A DNA stretch of 64,000 bases from an uncultured delta proteobacterium (GTDB taxonomy: Bacteria; Desulfobacterota; Desulfobacteria; Desulfobacterales; Desulfatirhabdiaceae): assembly GCA_963789395.1 (NCBI GenBank), contig CAWBKP010000024.1, positions 224,001-288,000 on the forward strand. Direction: 5' to 3'. Numbering within the stretch: the stretch's first letter is position 1; each line of letters starts with the position of its first letter. Positions 9,978-19,951 of this stretch are shown here, piece by piece. Under the pieces are notes generated by a model, which did no database searches, was not told the DNA's origin, and was given only the letters and a program-made list of their open reading frames with translations. A program made the position numbers and the translations under genes.

Positions 9978-11582
9978 TCAAGACATTTGTTTGAGCTTGA
10001 ATCGTTGCAGTTTTCCGGTTTCCGTGCGAGGCAAACCGGTGACAAATTCGATGGCCCGTGGATACTTATACGGTGCTGCATTTTGCTTGACAAAGCCCTG
10101 GAGGGTTTTCACCATTTCTTCGTCAGCACTGTACCCTTGATTCAATACGATGAAAGCCTTGAGGATCTGACCGCGATCGGGGTCCGGAACACCGATGACA
10201 CCGCATTCCGATACCGATGGATGCTCAAGCAGGACGGATTCCACCTCTGGACCCGCCACGTTATAGCCCGAAGTGACAATGATGTCGTCCACCCGTGCAT
10301 GGTAATAAAAATAGCCATCTGAATCCGTATGATAGGTATCTCCGGTGATATTCCAACCGTCTTTAACAAAGGATGTCTGGCGATCATCCGACAGGTAGCG
10401 ACAACCCGTGGGGCCTTTAAGTGCCAGCTTCCCCGTTTCTCCCGTCGCCGTTGGTTTCATTTGATCGTCGACCAACATCCCGCGATATCCGGGCAGGATC
10501 TTGCCCAATGCCCCTTCACGATAATTATCCGGATCTGAAGCAAGGTAAATATGGATCAGCTCGGTTCCACCGATTCCATCGTATATCTGTATGCCGGTGC
10601 CCTCCTGCCATTTCTTTCGTGTATCCACCGGCAGGGCTTCGCCTGCGGATACACATTTTTTGAGACTTTTGATGTCGTGCTGAGAGACCAAACCCGTCAT
10701 TTGACGATAACCGGTGGGAGAAGTGACACAGATGGTGGCGCGATATCGCTCAATGGCCTCCAGCAAAGCAGGCGGGGTAAGTTTTTCCAACAAAACAGTG
10801 CTGGCCTTTGCCCATAGCGGAAAACAGAGAAGCCCCCCCAGGCCGAAAGTGAACGCGAGGGGAGGGGTGCCGATGAACACATCGTCAGCGGTTGGTTTTA
10901 ACCAGTAGCCCGGAACAACTTCGCACATGGCCATCACATCACGGTGAAGATGGACACAGCCCTTGGGAATCCCCGTGGTGCCGGAAGTGAAGGCAATCAA
11001 GGCAGGGTCATCCGAGGCGGTAACTACTGCGGTAAAATCAGAGGATTTGGCGGAAAGTTTACTGGAGAAAGCATCATCACCAAATAGCAATACATGAGAC
11101 AGCTCCGGGCATGCAGGGCGAACCAGGTTAAGCTCCTCGGCCAGCGAGATTTCACACAGAGCATGGCTGATCTTTGATAACTGAATAAATTGTTTTAGCT
11201 CCTTGGCCCGCAGTAGCGGCATGGTGCCCACCGCCACGCCCCCGGCTTTCCACACGGCAAGCCAGGAGGCGGCAAACCACGGGGTGTTGGCGCCCCTTAA
11301 CAGAACGCGGTTTCCAGGAATGAGTCCCATGTCCTCGGTCAGCACATGTGCGAGTTGATTGACCTTGCATTGCAGGTCCCGGTAAGTCCAGCGTATATCT
11401 TTGCCAATCAACGCGATTCTTTCACCCGCACCCTCCATGACGGCTTTGTCGAGCAGGGCGGCGGCGGCGTTCAAACGATCTGGAAATTGCAGTTCAGGCG
11501 TATCGAAGATAAATTCCGGCAATTGATGCTTCGGCGGCAAGTTATCACGAACAAAACGATCGACATGGGCAGTGTCATACAT
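9978..11582 (-). CDS. Aromatic acid-CoA ligase, 2-aminobenzoate-CoA ligase (AbmG-like) type
   Basis: N-terminal HVDRFVRDNLPP..Q.PEF...PELQFPDRLNAA characteristic of the 2-aminobenzoate-CoA ligase subfamily; FTSGTTGIPKG, PPLAFTFGLGG, GIGGTE, APYKYPR. Confidence 0.8.
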   Translation of the reverse strand: MYDTAHVDRFVRDNLPPKHQLPEFIFDTPELQFPDRLNAAAALLDKAVMEGAGERIALIGKDIRWTYRDLQCKVNQLAHVLTEDMGLIPGNRVLLRGANTPWFAASWLAVWKAGGVAVGTMPLLRAKELKQFIQLSKISHALCEISLAEELNLVRPACPELSHVLLFGDDAFSSKLSAKSSDFTAVVTASDDPALIAFTSGTTGIPKGCVHLHRDVMAMCEVVPGYWLKPTADDVFIGTPPLAFTFGLGGLLCFPLWAKASTVLLEKLTPPALLEAIERYRATICVTSPTGYRQMTGLVSQHDIKSLKKCVSAGEALPVDTRKKWQEGTGIQIYDGIGGTELIHIYLASDPDNYREGALGKILPGYRGMLVDDQMKPTATGETGKLALKGPTGCRYLSDDRQTSFVKDGWNITGDTYHTDSDGYFYYHARVDDIIVTSGYNVAGPEVESVLLEHPSVSECGVIGVPDPDRGQILKAFIVLNQGYSADEEMVKTLQGFVKQNAAPYKYPRAIEFVTGLPRTETGKLQRFKLKQMS

Positions 11583-11729
11583 GGCGTCTACTCCTTATTT
11601 ATAAAGTTAACCATATTAAGTTGATGTATCGCTCGATCTGAAATAACCTGAATAAATATCTATCATGAAATATCTACAATTTGATGAATCGATTTCTGTT
11701 ACTGAGATTTGCAGGGCTGATAGCGTTAT

Positions 11730-11750
11730 TTTCCTAATACTATTAGGAAA
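11730..11750. promoter_or_regulatory. Perfect inverted repeat, putative TetR operator in the divergent promoter region
   Basis: TTTCCTAATA-C-TATTAGGAAA (10-bp arms, 1-nt spacer) in the AT-rich 11583-12005 intergenic region. Confidence 0.55.
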
Positions 11751-11915
11751 TAATGATAAATATACATATAAAATGACAATATAAGTACTTCAATAAATGG
11801 TATTTATTTTAACCGATATTCATAATAGTCAATATAAATACTAAAGTTTATAATTTTATAATAACACAATATAATATAATTGTAATAATCTATCTATTGA
11901 TCTTATAAAAATAAC

Positions 11916-11944
11916 TTGACAATACAAATAACTTAATGATATTT
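11916..11944 (+). promoter_or_regulatory. Putative sigma70 promoter for the tetR operon
   Basis: TTGACA at 11916, 16-17 nt spacer, AT-rich -10-like GATATT/ATATTT. Confidence 0.35.
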
Positions 11945-12005
11945 GGAAATATAATGAAGCAATGAATGAATACTGAATATAAAATATGTTCCTAATGATA
12001 TCTCT

Positions 12006-12656
12006 ATGACCGGATTAACCCATGAAGAAACAGGAGAGCGGAAAGTGACCCTTAGCAAAAAAGCTGAAGGTACCAAAGACCGCATCATCACCAGCGCAAA
12101 ACAGCTCTTTGCTGAAAATGGATTCCTTAAGACGACAGTTGCGGACATCTGCCGACAGGCCGGCCTTTCTGAAGCGGCGTTGTATGAATATTTTAAGGGC
12201 AAAGAGGACCTGTTGCTCGCAATCCCGGATTTATGGGTCAGTCAGCTGTTGATCGACCTTGAAGACCAGATGTTCGGAGTCCGTGGCGCTTTCAATAAAC
12301 TGAGAAAATACATTTGGTGGATGTACCGTCGTATCGAAGAATCTCCACTGGATGCAAAGGTCGTATACTTGCATCTGAAAACCAATGCGAGCTTTATGGA
12401 AACACCCGTTTACGCCAATGTCAAAACACTCTACCATTATCTGATCGATATATTCGAGGAAGGCATGCGGTCAGGGGAAATGCGGCAGGATCTGGATCCT
12501 ATCGGGGCCCGGACCATTGTCGTTGGAACCATGGACTCCACGGTTACCCGATGGCTGCTTAAAAACATGTCTTATTCCCTGTTTGAAAGGTTGGATGTAA
12601 CCTTCGATCTGTTAGAAGGCGCTTTTTCGAACAAAAACCATGGGAGACAGCAATGA
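12006..12656 (+). CDS. TetR/AcrR family transcriptional regulator
   Basis: RIITSAKQLFAENGFLKTTVADICRQAGLSEAALYEYFKGKEDLL HTH. Confidence 0.93.
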   Translation: MTGLTHEETGERKVTLSKKAEGTKDRIITSAKQLFAENGFLKTTVADICRQAGLSEAALYEYFKGKEDLLLAIPDLWVSQLLIDLEDQMFGVRGAFNKLRKYIWWMYRRIEESPLDAKVVYLHLKTNASFMETPVYANVKTLYHYLIDIFEEGMRSGEMRQDLDPIGARTIVVGTMDSTVTRWLLKNMSYSLFERLDVTFDLLEGAFSNKNHGRQQ

Positions 12657-13192
12657 AAGTCAGAAAATTGGATCATATTTGCATCGCGGTCAAGAACCTT
12701 GATGAAGCCCGTAAAATTTGGGAGCCGTTTTTGGGGAAGATACAACCGGATGATGCTTACGTGGATGAACCAGAAAGGATCAGGGTCGCCCGATATTGGG
12801 TTGGAGAAGTGGGGTTTGAATTAATGGAATCCACCACACCGGACGGTGATGTCGCCAAATTCATCGAAAAACGCGGCGAGGGAGTCATGCTCATCAGTTT
12901 TAATGTGGACAATACCCGCGATGCCGTAAAAGAGCTTCAAGAAAAGGGCTATCCATTCATACCCGATCCGCAGGGCGAGATTGCAAGGCCTTTCCGAGAC
13001 TGTGAATTCGCATTTGTACATCCGAAGAAGCTCAATGGCGTTTTGACGGAAATTATCGACTATAAGTGGGACGAACTATTAAATGAGCGTCTTCAACGCG
13101 ATTCAGAGAATTCATATGGGGATGCCGGCGGTGTTTCCCTGTCGACTCATATTTTACGACACTTGCCACAGAATATCAGAAATAATGATTGA
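12653..13192 (+). CDS. VOC family protein, methylmalonyl-CoA epimerase-like
   Basis: LDHICIAVKNL, FELMEST, KFIEKRGEG, FVHPKKLNGVLTE. Confidence 0.82.
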   Translation: MKVRKLDHICIAVKNLDEARKIWEPFLGKIQPDDAYVDEPERIRVARYWVGEVGFELMESTTPDGDVAKFIEKRGEGVMLISFNVDNTRDAVKELQEKGYPFIPDPQGEIARPFRDCEFAFVHPKKLNGVLTEIIDYKWDELLNERLQRDSENSYGDAGGVSLSTHILRHLPQNIRNND

Positions 13193-13400
13193 CATTCAGT
13201 AAATAATTAGACACAAACGTACACCTGAATTTTCCACAATGTTTTATGCCGTCGCATTACCCGTAAATGTGGCATGTATGAGGTTGTAAAGCCGTCTATG
13301 GAAGGCCTTGTTGATTTTTGCAACAAAGTGCGCTTTCGATGCAACGCTAAAGAACATGCCGATAGTTTTTCTGGATAAACTGCCAAAAAAGGAGAACTGA

Positions 13401-14573
13401 ATGCACAAGACATGGAGATTTTTGTTGGTAGCCGGTATTGTGGCCATTTTTAGCGTGCTTCATGCGAATGCTGATATAAAAATCGGCCTAATGTCTACCC
13501 TGTCCGGGCCAGGCGCAACACTTGGGCAGGACCAGTACGATGCCTTCATGTTAGCGGTTGAGCAGAACGGTGGCAAGCTCGGCGGCTATCCCGTGGTTGT
13601 CATCAAAAAGGATGACCAATTAAAGCCGGATATCGGAGTTCAATTGGCCCAGGAGTTCATCGAAAAAGACAAAGTGGATTTGATGACCGGTGTTATTTTT
13701 TCAAACGTGATGATGGCGGTCTATAATAAAATTATCGATTCCGAAACAATCTTCATCGGTTCCAATGCTGGCCCCTCACAGATAGCCGGGGCCCAGTGTT
13801 CTCCTTATTTTTTCTCAACCTCATGGTCCAACGACAGCCTTCATGAAAATGGTGGCGAGGTTGCCAATATCAAGGGCTATAAAAAAGTCTACCTGATGGC
13901 CGCCAATTATCAGGCAGGAAAAGATGCGCTGTCCGGTTTCAAGCGCCTCTACAAAGGCAGCGTGGTCGATGAGGTCTACACCCAGATGAACCAACCCGAC
14001 TATTCGGCCGAAATTTCACAGTTAGCTGCCTCCAATCCCGACGCAGTCTATATCTTCTATCCGGGTGGGATGGGGATTAATTTCGTCAAACAGTACAAAC
14101 AGGCAGGGCTTATGGGCAAAATTCCGCTGATATCTTCCGCCTCGATAGACGGATCGACGCTGCCTGCTATGAAGGACGCTGCCATTGGCGCCATTACGGC
14201 CGCACCTTGGGAACCGGCATTGGACAATCCTCAGACGAAGAAATTCGTTGCTGATTTCTTCGCAAAGTATAAACGTTCCCCTTCTTTCTACGCGGCACAA
14301 TCCTATGACGCTGCCAACCTGATCGCCTCTGCCTTCTCCAAAACAAAGGGCAACGTTGCAGACAAAAAGGCCTTCATTGCAGCTCTGAAAGAGGCCGACT
14401 TCAAGTCCCTGCGCGGATTTTTCAAGTTTGACAACAATCAGTTTCCCATCACCGACTGGTATATGTGGGAAGTCGTTAAAAATCCCGGAGACGCTGAACC
14501 TTCCTTTGCCTTCAGGGGTAAAACGCTTTCCGAGCATCGAGACGCGTACCACAGCATTTGCCCGATGAAGTAG
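13401..14573 (+). CDS. ABC transporter substrate-binding protein, HAAT family, Nba-like aromatic-acid subgroup
   Basis: Signal peptide; TLSGPGATLGQD, DDQLKPD, NAGPSQIAGAQCSPYFFSTSW.ND, NYQAGKDA, PGGMGINFVKQY match the PBP1 Nba-like group as I recall it. Confidence 0.85.
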   Translation: MHKTWRFLLVAGIVAIFSVLHANADIKIGLMSTLSGPGATLGQDQYDAFMLAVEQNGGKLGGYPVVVIKKDDQLKPDIGVQLAQEFIEKDKVDLMTGVIFSNVMMAVYNKIIDSETIFIGSNAGPSQIAGAQCSPYFFSTSWSNDSLHENGGEVANIKGYKKVYLMAANYQAGKDALSGFKRLYKGSVVDEVYTQMNQPDYSAEISQLAASNPDAVYIFYPGGMGINFVKQYKQAGLMGKIPLISSASIDGSTLPAMKDAAIGAITAAPWEPALDNPQTKKFVADFFAKYKRSPSFYAAQSYDAANLIASAFSKTKGNVADKKAFIAALKEADFKSLRGFFKFDNNQFPITDWYMWEVVKNPGDAEPSFAFRGKTLSEHRDAYHSICPMK

Positions 14574-14584
14574 TCCTACTGGAT

Positions 14585-14616
14585 CCGCCTGAGGTCGCCT
14601 TATAAAAATCAGGCGG
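14585..14616 (+). other. Stem-loop after the binding-protein gene (possible mRNA stabiliser or attenuator)
   Basis: CCGCCTGA...TCAGGCGG inverted repeat just after the stop codon. Confidence 0.4.
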
Positions 14617-14757
14617 CCCAGTTCGGAAGCGATATATGATGCCGACGTGATACTCATGGCTCGATCCTGTGAGAGGATCCACCCTTTGGAATATAGAAAA
14701 GGGTTCTATTCAGCGATCTAAATATAAATTTGTTCTGTCTTTTGCCGGGAGCATCCG

Positions 14758-15679
14758 ATGACATTTCCCATGATTCTTACTCAGGCGCTAAACGGATTCC
14801 AACTGGGAGTGCTCATTTTCCTTATGGCTGCCGGCCTGACGCTTGTTTTTGGGATTATGGATTTCGTAAATCTGGCCCATGGATCCCTTTACATGATGGG
14901 CGCATATTTTGCCGCCAGCCTCTGGAATGTGACCGAGTCCTTCTGGATCGCAGCCGCAGGTGCGGTTGCAGGCGGATTTATCCTTGGCGTCGTGGTTCAG
15001 CAAATCGCATTGAAGACACTGTTCGATCGGGACCACTTGGACCAGGTGCTGGCCACTTTCGGACTTATTCTTTTTTTCAACGAACTGACAAGGATGATTT
15101 GGGGCCCAAGCCCCTATTACATGGGTTTGCCTGAGGGGCTTTCCGGCGCGGTTGCGTTCTGTTGGGATCACCTATCCGGTTTATAGACTTTTGATCATCG
15201 GCGTCGGACTGACGGTTGCGCTTGGTGCATGGATCGTCATCCAGAAGACGCGGGTCGGAATGCTGATACGGGCGGGAGCCTCTATCGGCTGGATGCTTGG
15301 AGCCCTCGGGGTTAACGTAAAACTGATGAAAACGTTACTTTTCGGCGTAGGCGCGGCCTTGGCCGCCTTAGCCGGCCTTATGGCGGGTCCCATCCTCTCC
15401 GTCCAATCCGGAATGGGTGAACCGATCCTTATTTTGACCCTGGTTACCATCGTGATCGGGGGTATAGGCTCTGTCAGGGGCGCGTTTTTAGGTGCGCTCA
15501 TCGTTGGAATCGTCGATACGTTAGGTCGTACGATGCTCCCGCTCATCCTCAGGCAATTCCTGGATCGATCCTTTGCCAATGCTGCGGGCCCGGCACTGGC
15601 TTCCATGCTTATCTATCTTTTGATGGCCGGAGTCCTTGCCGTAAAACCAAAAGGCCTTTTCCCCGTAAAAAACAGTTGA
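14758..15679 (+). CDS. Branched-chain amino acid-type ABC permease, LivH-like (indel near 15157)
   Basis: AAGLTLVFGIMDFVNLAHG; GMLIRAGA; IVIGGIGS across ORFs 14758..15186 and 15152..15679. Confidence 0.88.
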
Positions 15680-15692
15680 GTGGACTAACCAA

Positions 15693-16644
15693 ATGAATTT
15701 TTTGCGTGCTCCCAGAAACATGCTCGCCTTTGCGACCCTGATTGTTCTGTCTTCCGTGCCTGTTGTCTCGACCTTGATAGACCAGCCTTTTTACATGACT
15801 TTTTTTTTACGGATAATGATATACGCACTCGCTGCCCTTTCGCTGAACATGATCCTTGGTTATGGGGGTCTTGTCGCCTTCGGACACGCGCTTTACATTG
15901 GAATCGGTGCCTATTCCGTCGGTATTCTGGTCTCCATGGGTGTGACGAACGGCTGGATACATCTCAGCGCAGCGATTATGTTTTCCTTGGCAGTTGCGCT
16001 CTTCACCGGTGCGATTTCACTAAGGGTCACCGGCATTCCCTTTATTATGATCACCCTGGCGTTTGCCCAGATGTTTTTCTTCCTGGCGATCAGTCTCAGG
16101 CAATTCGGTGGTGACGAGGGAATGACGATTCCCGTGCTGAGTGATTTCGGCTTGGTCGATCTGGGCCAAAAAAGTGTTTTCTACTACTTCGTTTTCTCCA
16201 TTTTGCTTTTTTATCTATACTGTTATCTGGCGCCTTATAAATTCCCGTTTCGGTATGGTCCTTCGTGGTTCAAAGGGTAACGTCCGGAGGATGAAGGCAC
16301 TGGGATTTCCCACCTTTCGCTATCTTTTAGCCGCCTATGCGATTTCAGCAGTCATGTGCTCGCTGGCGGGCGTCTTGCTTGCCAATCTCACCGGATTTGC
16401 CTCTCCCGATTATATGGCGTGGAGCCTGTCCGGAGAACTTATCGTTATGGTGGTCCTTGGCGGGATCGGCACATTGATGGGTCCGGTAGTGGGGGCAATG
16501 GCGCTGATGCTTTTGGAAGAGGCGCTGTCTCTTTGCACCGATCACCGGATGATCGTGCTGGGGCCGATGATCGTTTTTACCGCAATCATGGCCAAGCGGG
16601 GAATCGTAGGGCTTTTCCCCGCATCCGAGGGTGAACGCAGATGA
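15693..16644 (+). CDS. ABC permease, LivM-like (indel near 16210)
   Basis: LGYGGLVAFGH, FIMITLAFAQM, GGDEG, MVVLGGIGTLMGPVVG. Confidence 0.88.
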
Positions 16645-17387
16645 GCGGGGACGTCCTTAGCATCCGTCGTCTGGTCAAGTCATTCGGTTCTCTAATGGCC
16701 ACCTTCAATCTAAATATGGATGTCAGACCCGGAGAAATCCATGCCATAATCGGTCCGAACGGCGCCGGCAAGACAACGCTCATCTCTCAATTGGCAGGCG
16801 AGCTTAAACCCGATTCGGGGAGCATTTTTTTTGAAGGCAGGGACATTACGGCCATGCCTGATATACAAAAGGGCCCGGTTGGGGCTGGCCCGCAGCTACC
16901 AGATTTCTTCGGTTTTTCTCGAATTCACCGCTCTTGATGAATGTCGCGCTGGCGGTACAGGCCCAAAGAGGCCACAGCTTCAGATTTTGGGAAGCATGCG
17001 GCGGATTCGGATGAATTGAATGGTCCAGCCATGGAGGCCCTGGCTGCAGTCGGATTGGGAGAACAGATCAACACTCCGGTGGCAAGTATGGGCCATGGCG
17101 AGCGCCGTCAGTTGGAACTGGCAATGGTGATCGTAAACAAACCGAAACTGCTTCTTCTTGACGAACCCTTGGCTGGGATGAGTCCAAAGGAAAATCAAGC
17201 CATGATGTCCCTTCTGGCCGCCATGAAGGGAAATGCCTCCATGGTTCTTATTGAACACGACATGGAGGCGGTATTCTCCTTGGCGGACAGGATTTCCGTG
17301 CTTGTCTATGGCACGATAATCGCCTGCGGAACGCCGGATGAAATTCGAGCAAACGAAGACGTGCGTGCGGCTTATTTAGGGGATTGA
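16641..17387 (+). CDS. ABC ATP-binding protein, LivG-like (two indels)
   Basis: GPNGAGKT Walker A; LARSYQI in a second frame; HGERRQLE, LLLDEP, LIEHDM. Confidence 0.85.
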
Positions 17388-18127
17388 TCGATAACGGAAG
17401 GTTTGAACGTGATATAATGACTGGACTTTTTTCCATGAAGGGCGTCTGCGCCAAGTATGGTCTGTCCCAGGTCCTGTTCGACGTCTCGGTTACAATCGAG
17501 GAAGGCGAGTGCATATCGCTGCTCGGCAGAAACGGGATGGGCAAAACAAGCGCCATAAAATGCATTGCCGGTCTGCTGCAAGCGGCATCTGGCGAAATAA
17601 AGTTCGGTGGCAATACGATAACCGGGTGGCCGTCTCACTGCATCGCCCGAATTGGCATGGGCCTCGTTCCGGAGGGAAGACATGTTTTTCCAAATCTGAC
17701 GGTAAGGGAGAACCTTATCGCCACTGCTGCAAACCGTATTAATGCTCGCAACCCTTGGACCCTCGGCCGTATATACAAACTGTTTCCTCGGCTGGAGGAG
17801 CGCAGGGGGAACCTCGGCATAAACCTTTCCGGAGGCGAGCAGCAGATGCTTGCCATAGGACGGGCACTACTGACAAATCCCCGTCTGCTGATCCTTGATG
17901 AAGCTACAGAAGGACTATCGCCGTTAATTCGCAAAGAGATATGGGCTTGCCTGGCAATGTTGAAAGATGAAGGTCTGTCTATCCTGGTGGTCGACAAAAA
18001 TCTGGACGCTCTCTGCAAACTTTGCCATCGCCACTTTGTATTCGAAAAGGGTCATATCGTGTGGTCCGGTACTACGGAAAATCTGGTCGCCGACCGTGAA
18101 ACCGTAGACAACTATATGGGAGTATAA
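17384..18127 (+). CDS. ABC ATP-binding protein, LivF-like
   Basis: GRNGMGKT, VPEGRHVF, LSGGEQQMLAIGR, LDEATEGL; the start may be ATG 17417. Confidence 0.92.
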   Translation: MIDNGRFERDIMTGLFSMKGVCAKYGLSQVLFDVSVTIEEGECISLLGRNGMGKTSAIKCIAGLLQAASGEIKFGGNTITGWPSHCIARIGMGLVPEGRHVFPNLTVRENLIATAANRINARNPWTLGRIYKLFPRLEERRGNLGINLSGGEQQMLAIGRALLTNPRLLILDEATEGLSPLIRKEIWACLAMLKDEGLSILVVDKNLDALCKLCHRHFVFEKGHIVWSGTTENLVADRETVDNYMGV

Positions 18128-18128
18128 A

Positions 18129-19007
18129 ATGGCTTCAATAACTTCGGACCGGGAAGAGCTGGACAGGCAATACAATGCCCGGGCCACTGTCGCCGATGTG
18201 AATGTATATCTCAATGCCTACAGGGAGGAATCGGAACGGATGCTCCGGACGCTGCCTTGCGTCCGTGACTTGGCATACGGACCAGGTCAAGATGAGAAAT
18301 TGGACATTTTCCGGGTTCCCGGGGTGCCGGATGCGCCCGCTTTTGTTTTCCTCCACGGAGGCTACTGGCGGGCCCTTTCCAAAGAAGATTCCTGCTTCAT
18401 GGCCGGCAATTTCACCGCCCACGGGATTGCGGTCGTTGTCGTCAACTACAGTCTGGCTCCGGATGCGAAACTGCATAAAATAATTTCCCAGGTTCGCACT
18501 GCCATCGCCTGGCTCTGGCAAAACGGCTCGGCCCATGGCCTTGATCCGGATCGCATCGTCGTGGCAGGAAGCTCTGCCGGAGGGCACCTGGCAGGCATGG
18601 CGCTTTCCGGCGGCTGGCAGAAATCCCATGGATTGCCGCAAGACGTCATAAAAGCAGGTTTCGGGGTGAGCGGCCTGTACGATCTTTCCCCCATTCCAAA
18701 GACCCATGTAAACGAGTGGCTCGGACTGGACGACGCGATGGCTCGCCAGATGAGCCCCCTGTTTCATCTTCCGGAGAGGAGTTGCCACCTGGTACTCGCC
18801 TTTGCCGAAACCGATACGGACGAATTCAAAAGACAAAGTCTGTCATATAAAGCTGCCTGGGAAGCAGCAGGATTTCCGGTCATCTGCTTCGAGGTGCCGC
18901 GTCGCAACCACTTCAACATCATTTTGGACTGGCAACGTCCGGATTCATCCATGACACTGTCCGCGCTAAGTCTTTTTAAAGAAATAACTCTGGAAAGGAA
19001 ACGCTAA
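18129..19007 (+). CDS. Alpha/beta hydrolase, arylformamidase (kynurenine formamidase)-like
   Basis: ELDRQYNAR, EKLDIF, FLHGGYWRALSKE, GSSAGGHL nucleophile elbow, SGLYDL, NHF. Confidence 0.75.
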   Translation: MASITSDREELDRQYNARATVADVNVYLNAYREESERMLRTLPCVRDLAYGPGQDEKLDIFRVPGVPDAPAFVFLHGGYWRALSKEDSCFMAGNFTAHGIAVVVVNYSLAPDAKLHKIISQVRTAIAWLWQNGSAHGLDPDRIVVAGSSAGGHLAGMALSGGWQKSHGLPQDVIKAGFGVSGLYDLSPIPKTHVNEWLGLDDAMARQMSPLFHLPERSCHLVLAFAETDTDEFKRQSLSYKAAWEAAGFPVICFEVPRRNHFNIILDWQRPDSSMTLSALSLFKEITLERKR

Positions 19008-19072
19008 AACGCGGAGCAGCCCCGCCCAAAAAGGTTTTCGGGCCTTTCTATTGAGAGAATGACGGTTGTGCA

Positions 19073-19493
19073 TTATTGAAATTTGATCGTTACTTTCTTT
19101 CCGCCATCCTTGGATTTCATCTTGATCGTCAGATTGATGCTGCTGTCCCGGATGCCCAGGGCCAGCTGGGTTTTTCCTTCACCGCCCTCAAGGTGCGTAA
19201 TGCCGATCAGGGATTCGATGATTTTGTCAGCCACGTCGCCGCCGGGAGAGGGAAGCTCAGTTTGGCGGTATTCGGCAGTCACGTTTACAGTGCCGTCAAC
19301 TGTTTTTGTAATGGCATATTTTCTCGGCATTGTTGTTCACCCCGTGCAGCGCGGCCAATGCCAGCCATTTTAATGCAGCTTCTGTCTTGTCCGCGTCATT
19401 TTTCACAATGGACATTTCTTTGAGCGGGTCGGTGGTTGCAAAGCAATTGCACAGTTCCTGCACTTTTAAGTGTAAATTTCCCGTATCTTTCAT
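19073..19493 (-). CDS. Hypothetical protein of about 140 aa (indel near 19315)
   Basis: RBS AAGGAG; ORFs 19296..19493 and 19073..19330 join as ..NNNAEKI-AITKTVDG.. Confidence 0.6.
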
Positions 19494-19513
19494 AGCGTTA
19501 TCTCCTTAATATA

Positions 19514-19542
19514 CTGGAAACCAGGTTGACCCCGGTTTCCAG
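19514..19542. terminator. Hairpin between two minus-strand genes
   Basis: CTGGAAACC...GGTTTCCAG inverted repeat. Confidence 0.4.
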
Positions 19543-19579
19543 CGTATGTCGTGATAAACGGATTTTCCCCTTTGACCGA

Positions 19580-19802
19580 TCATTTGATGGCCGTAGGTTT
19601 GCAAAGATGGCCCTTTTCCATGGCCACCCGGCCGCATCCGTCGCAGACGAATTTCATGGCCGCCAGTTTATCTTTGCATATATGGCCGGCAGTTGACATT
19701 CGGTGTTCCGCAAAAACTGCAATTTGCTTTGTCTCCGCAAGGATCGCACAAATGGCCCGGGTCGTTTGCAACAGCTCCGCAATTCTTACATGTATGTGCC
19801 AT
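19580..19802 (-). CDS. Small Cys/His-rich protein with three CxxCG...HxC repeats (one +1 indel)
   Basis: AAGGAG RBS then ATG 19802: MAHTCKNCGAVANDPGHLCDPCGDKANCSFCGTPNV-AGHICKDKLAAMKFVCDGCGRVAMEKGHLCKPTAIK. Confidence 0.7.
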
Positions 19803-19951
19803 GATGATTCTCCTTTTCAGTTTAATCGTTGAATTCGCACTAAAAACATCCTATAAACAAAATTAAGATGGATAATATTATCTGTCAATGCAGCCTCGGG
19901 AAAAACACTTGTTTCGGATATTTCAATTGCAATTCAGAAAGGATAGATCGA

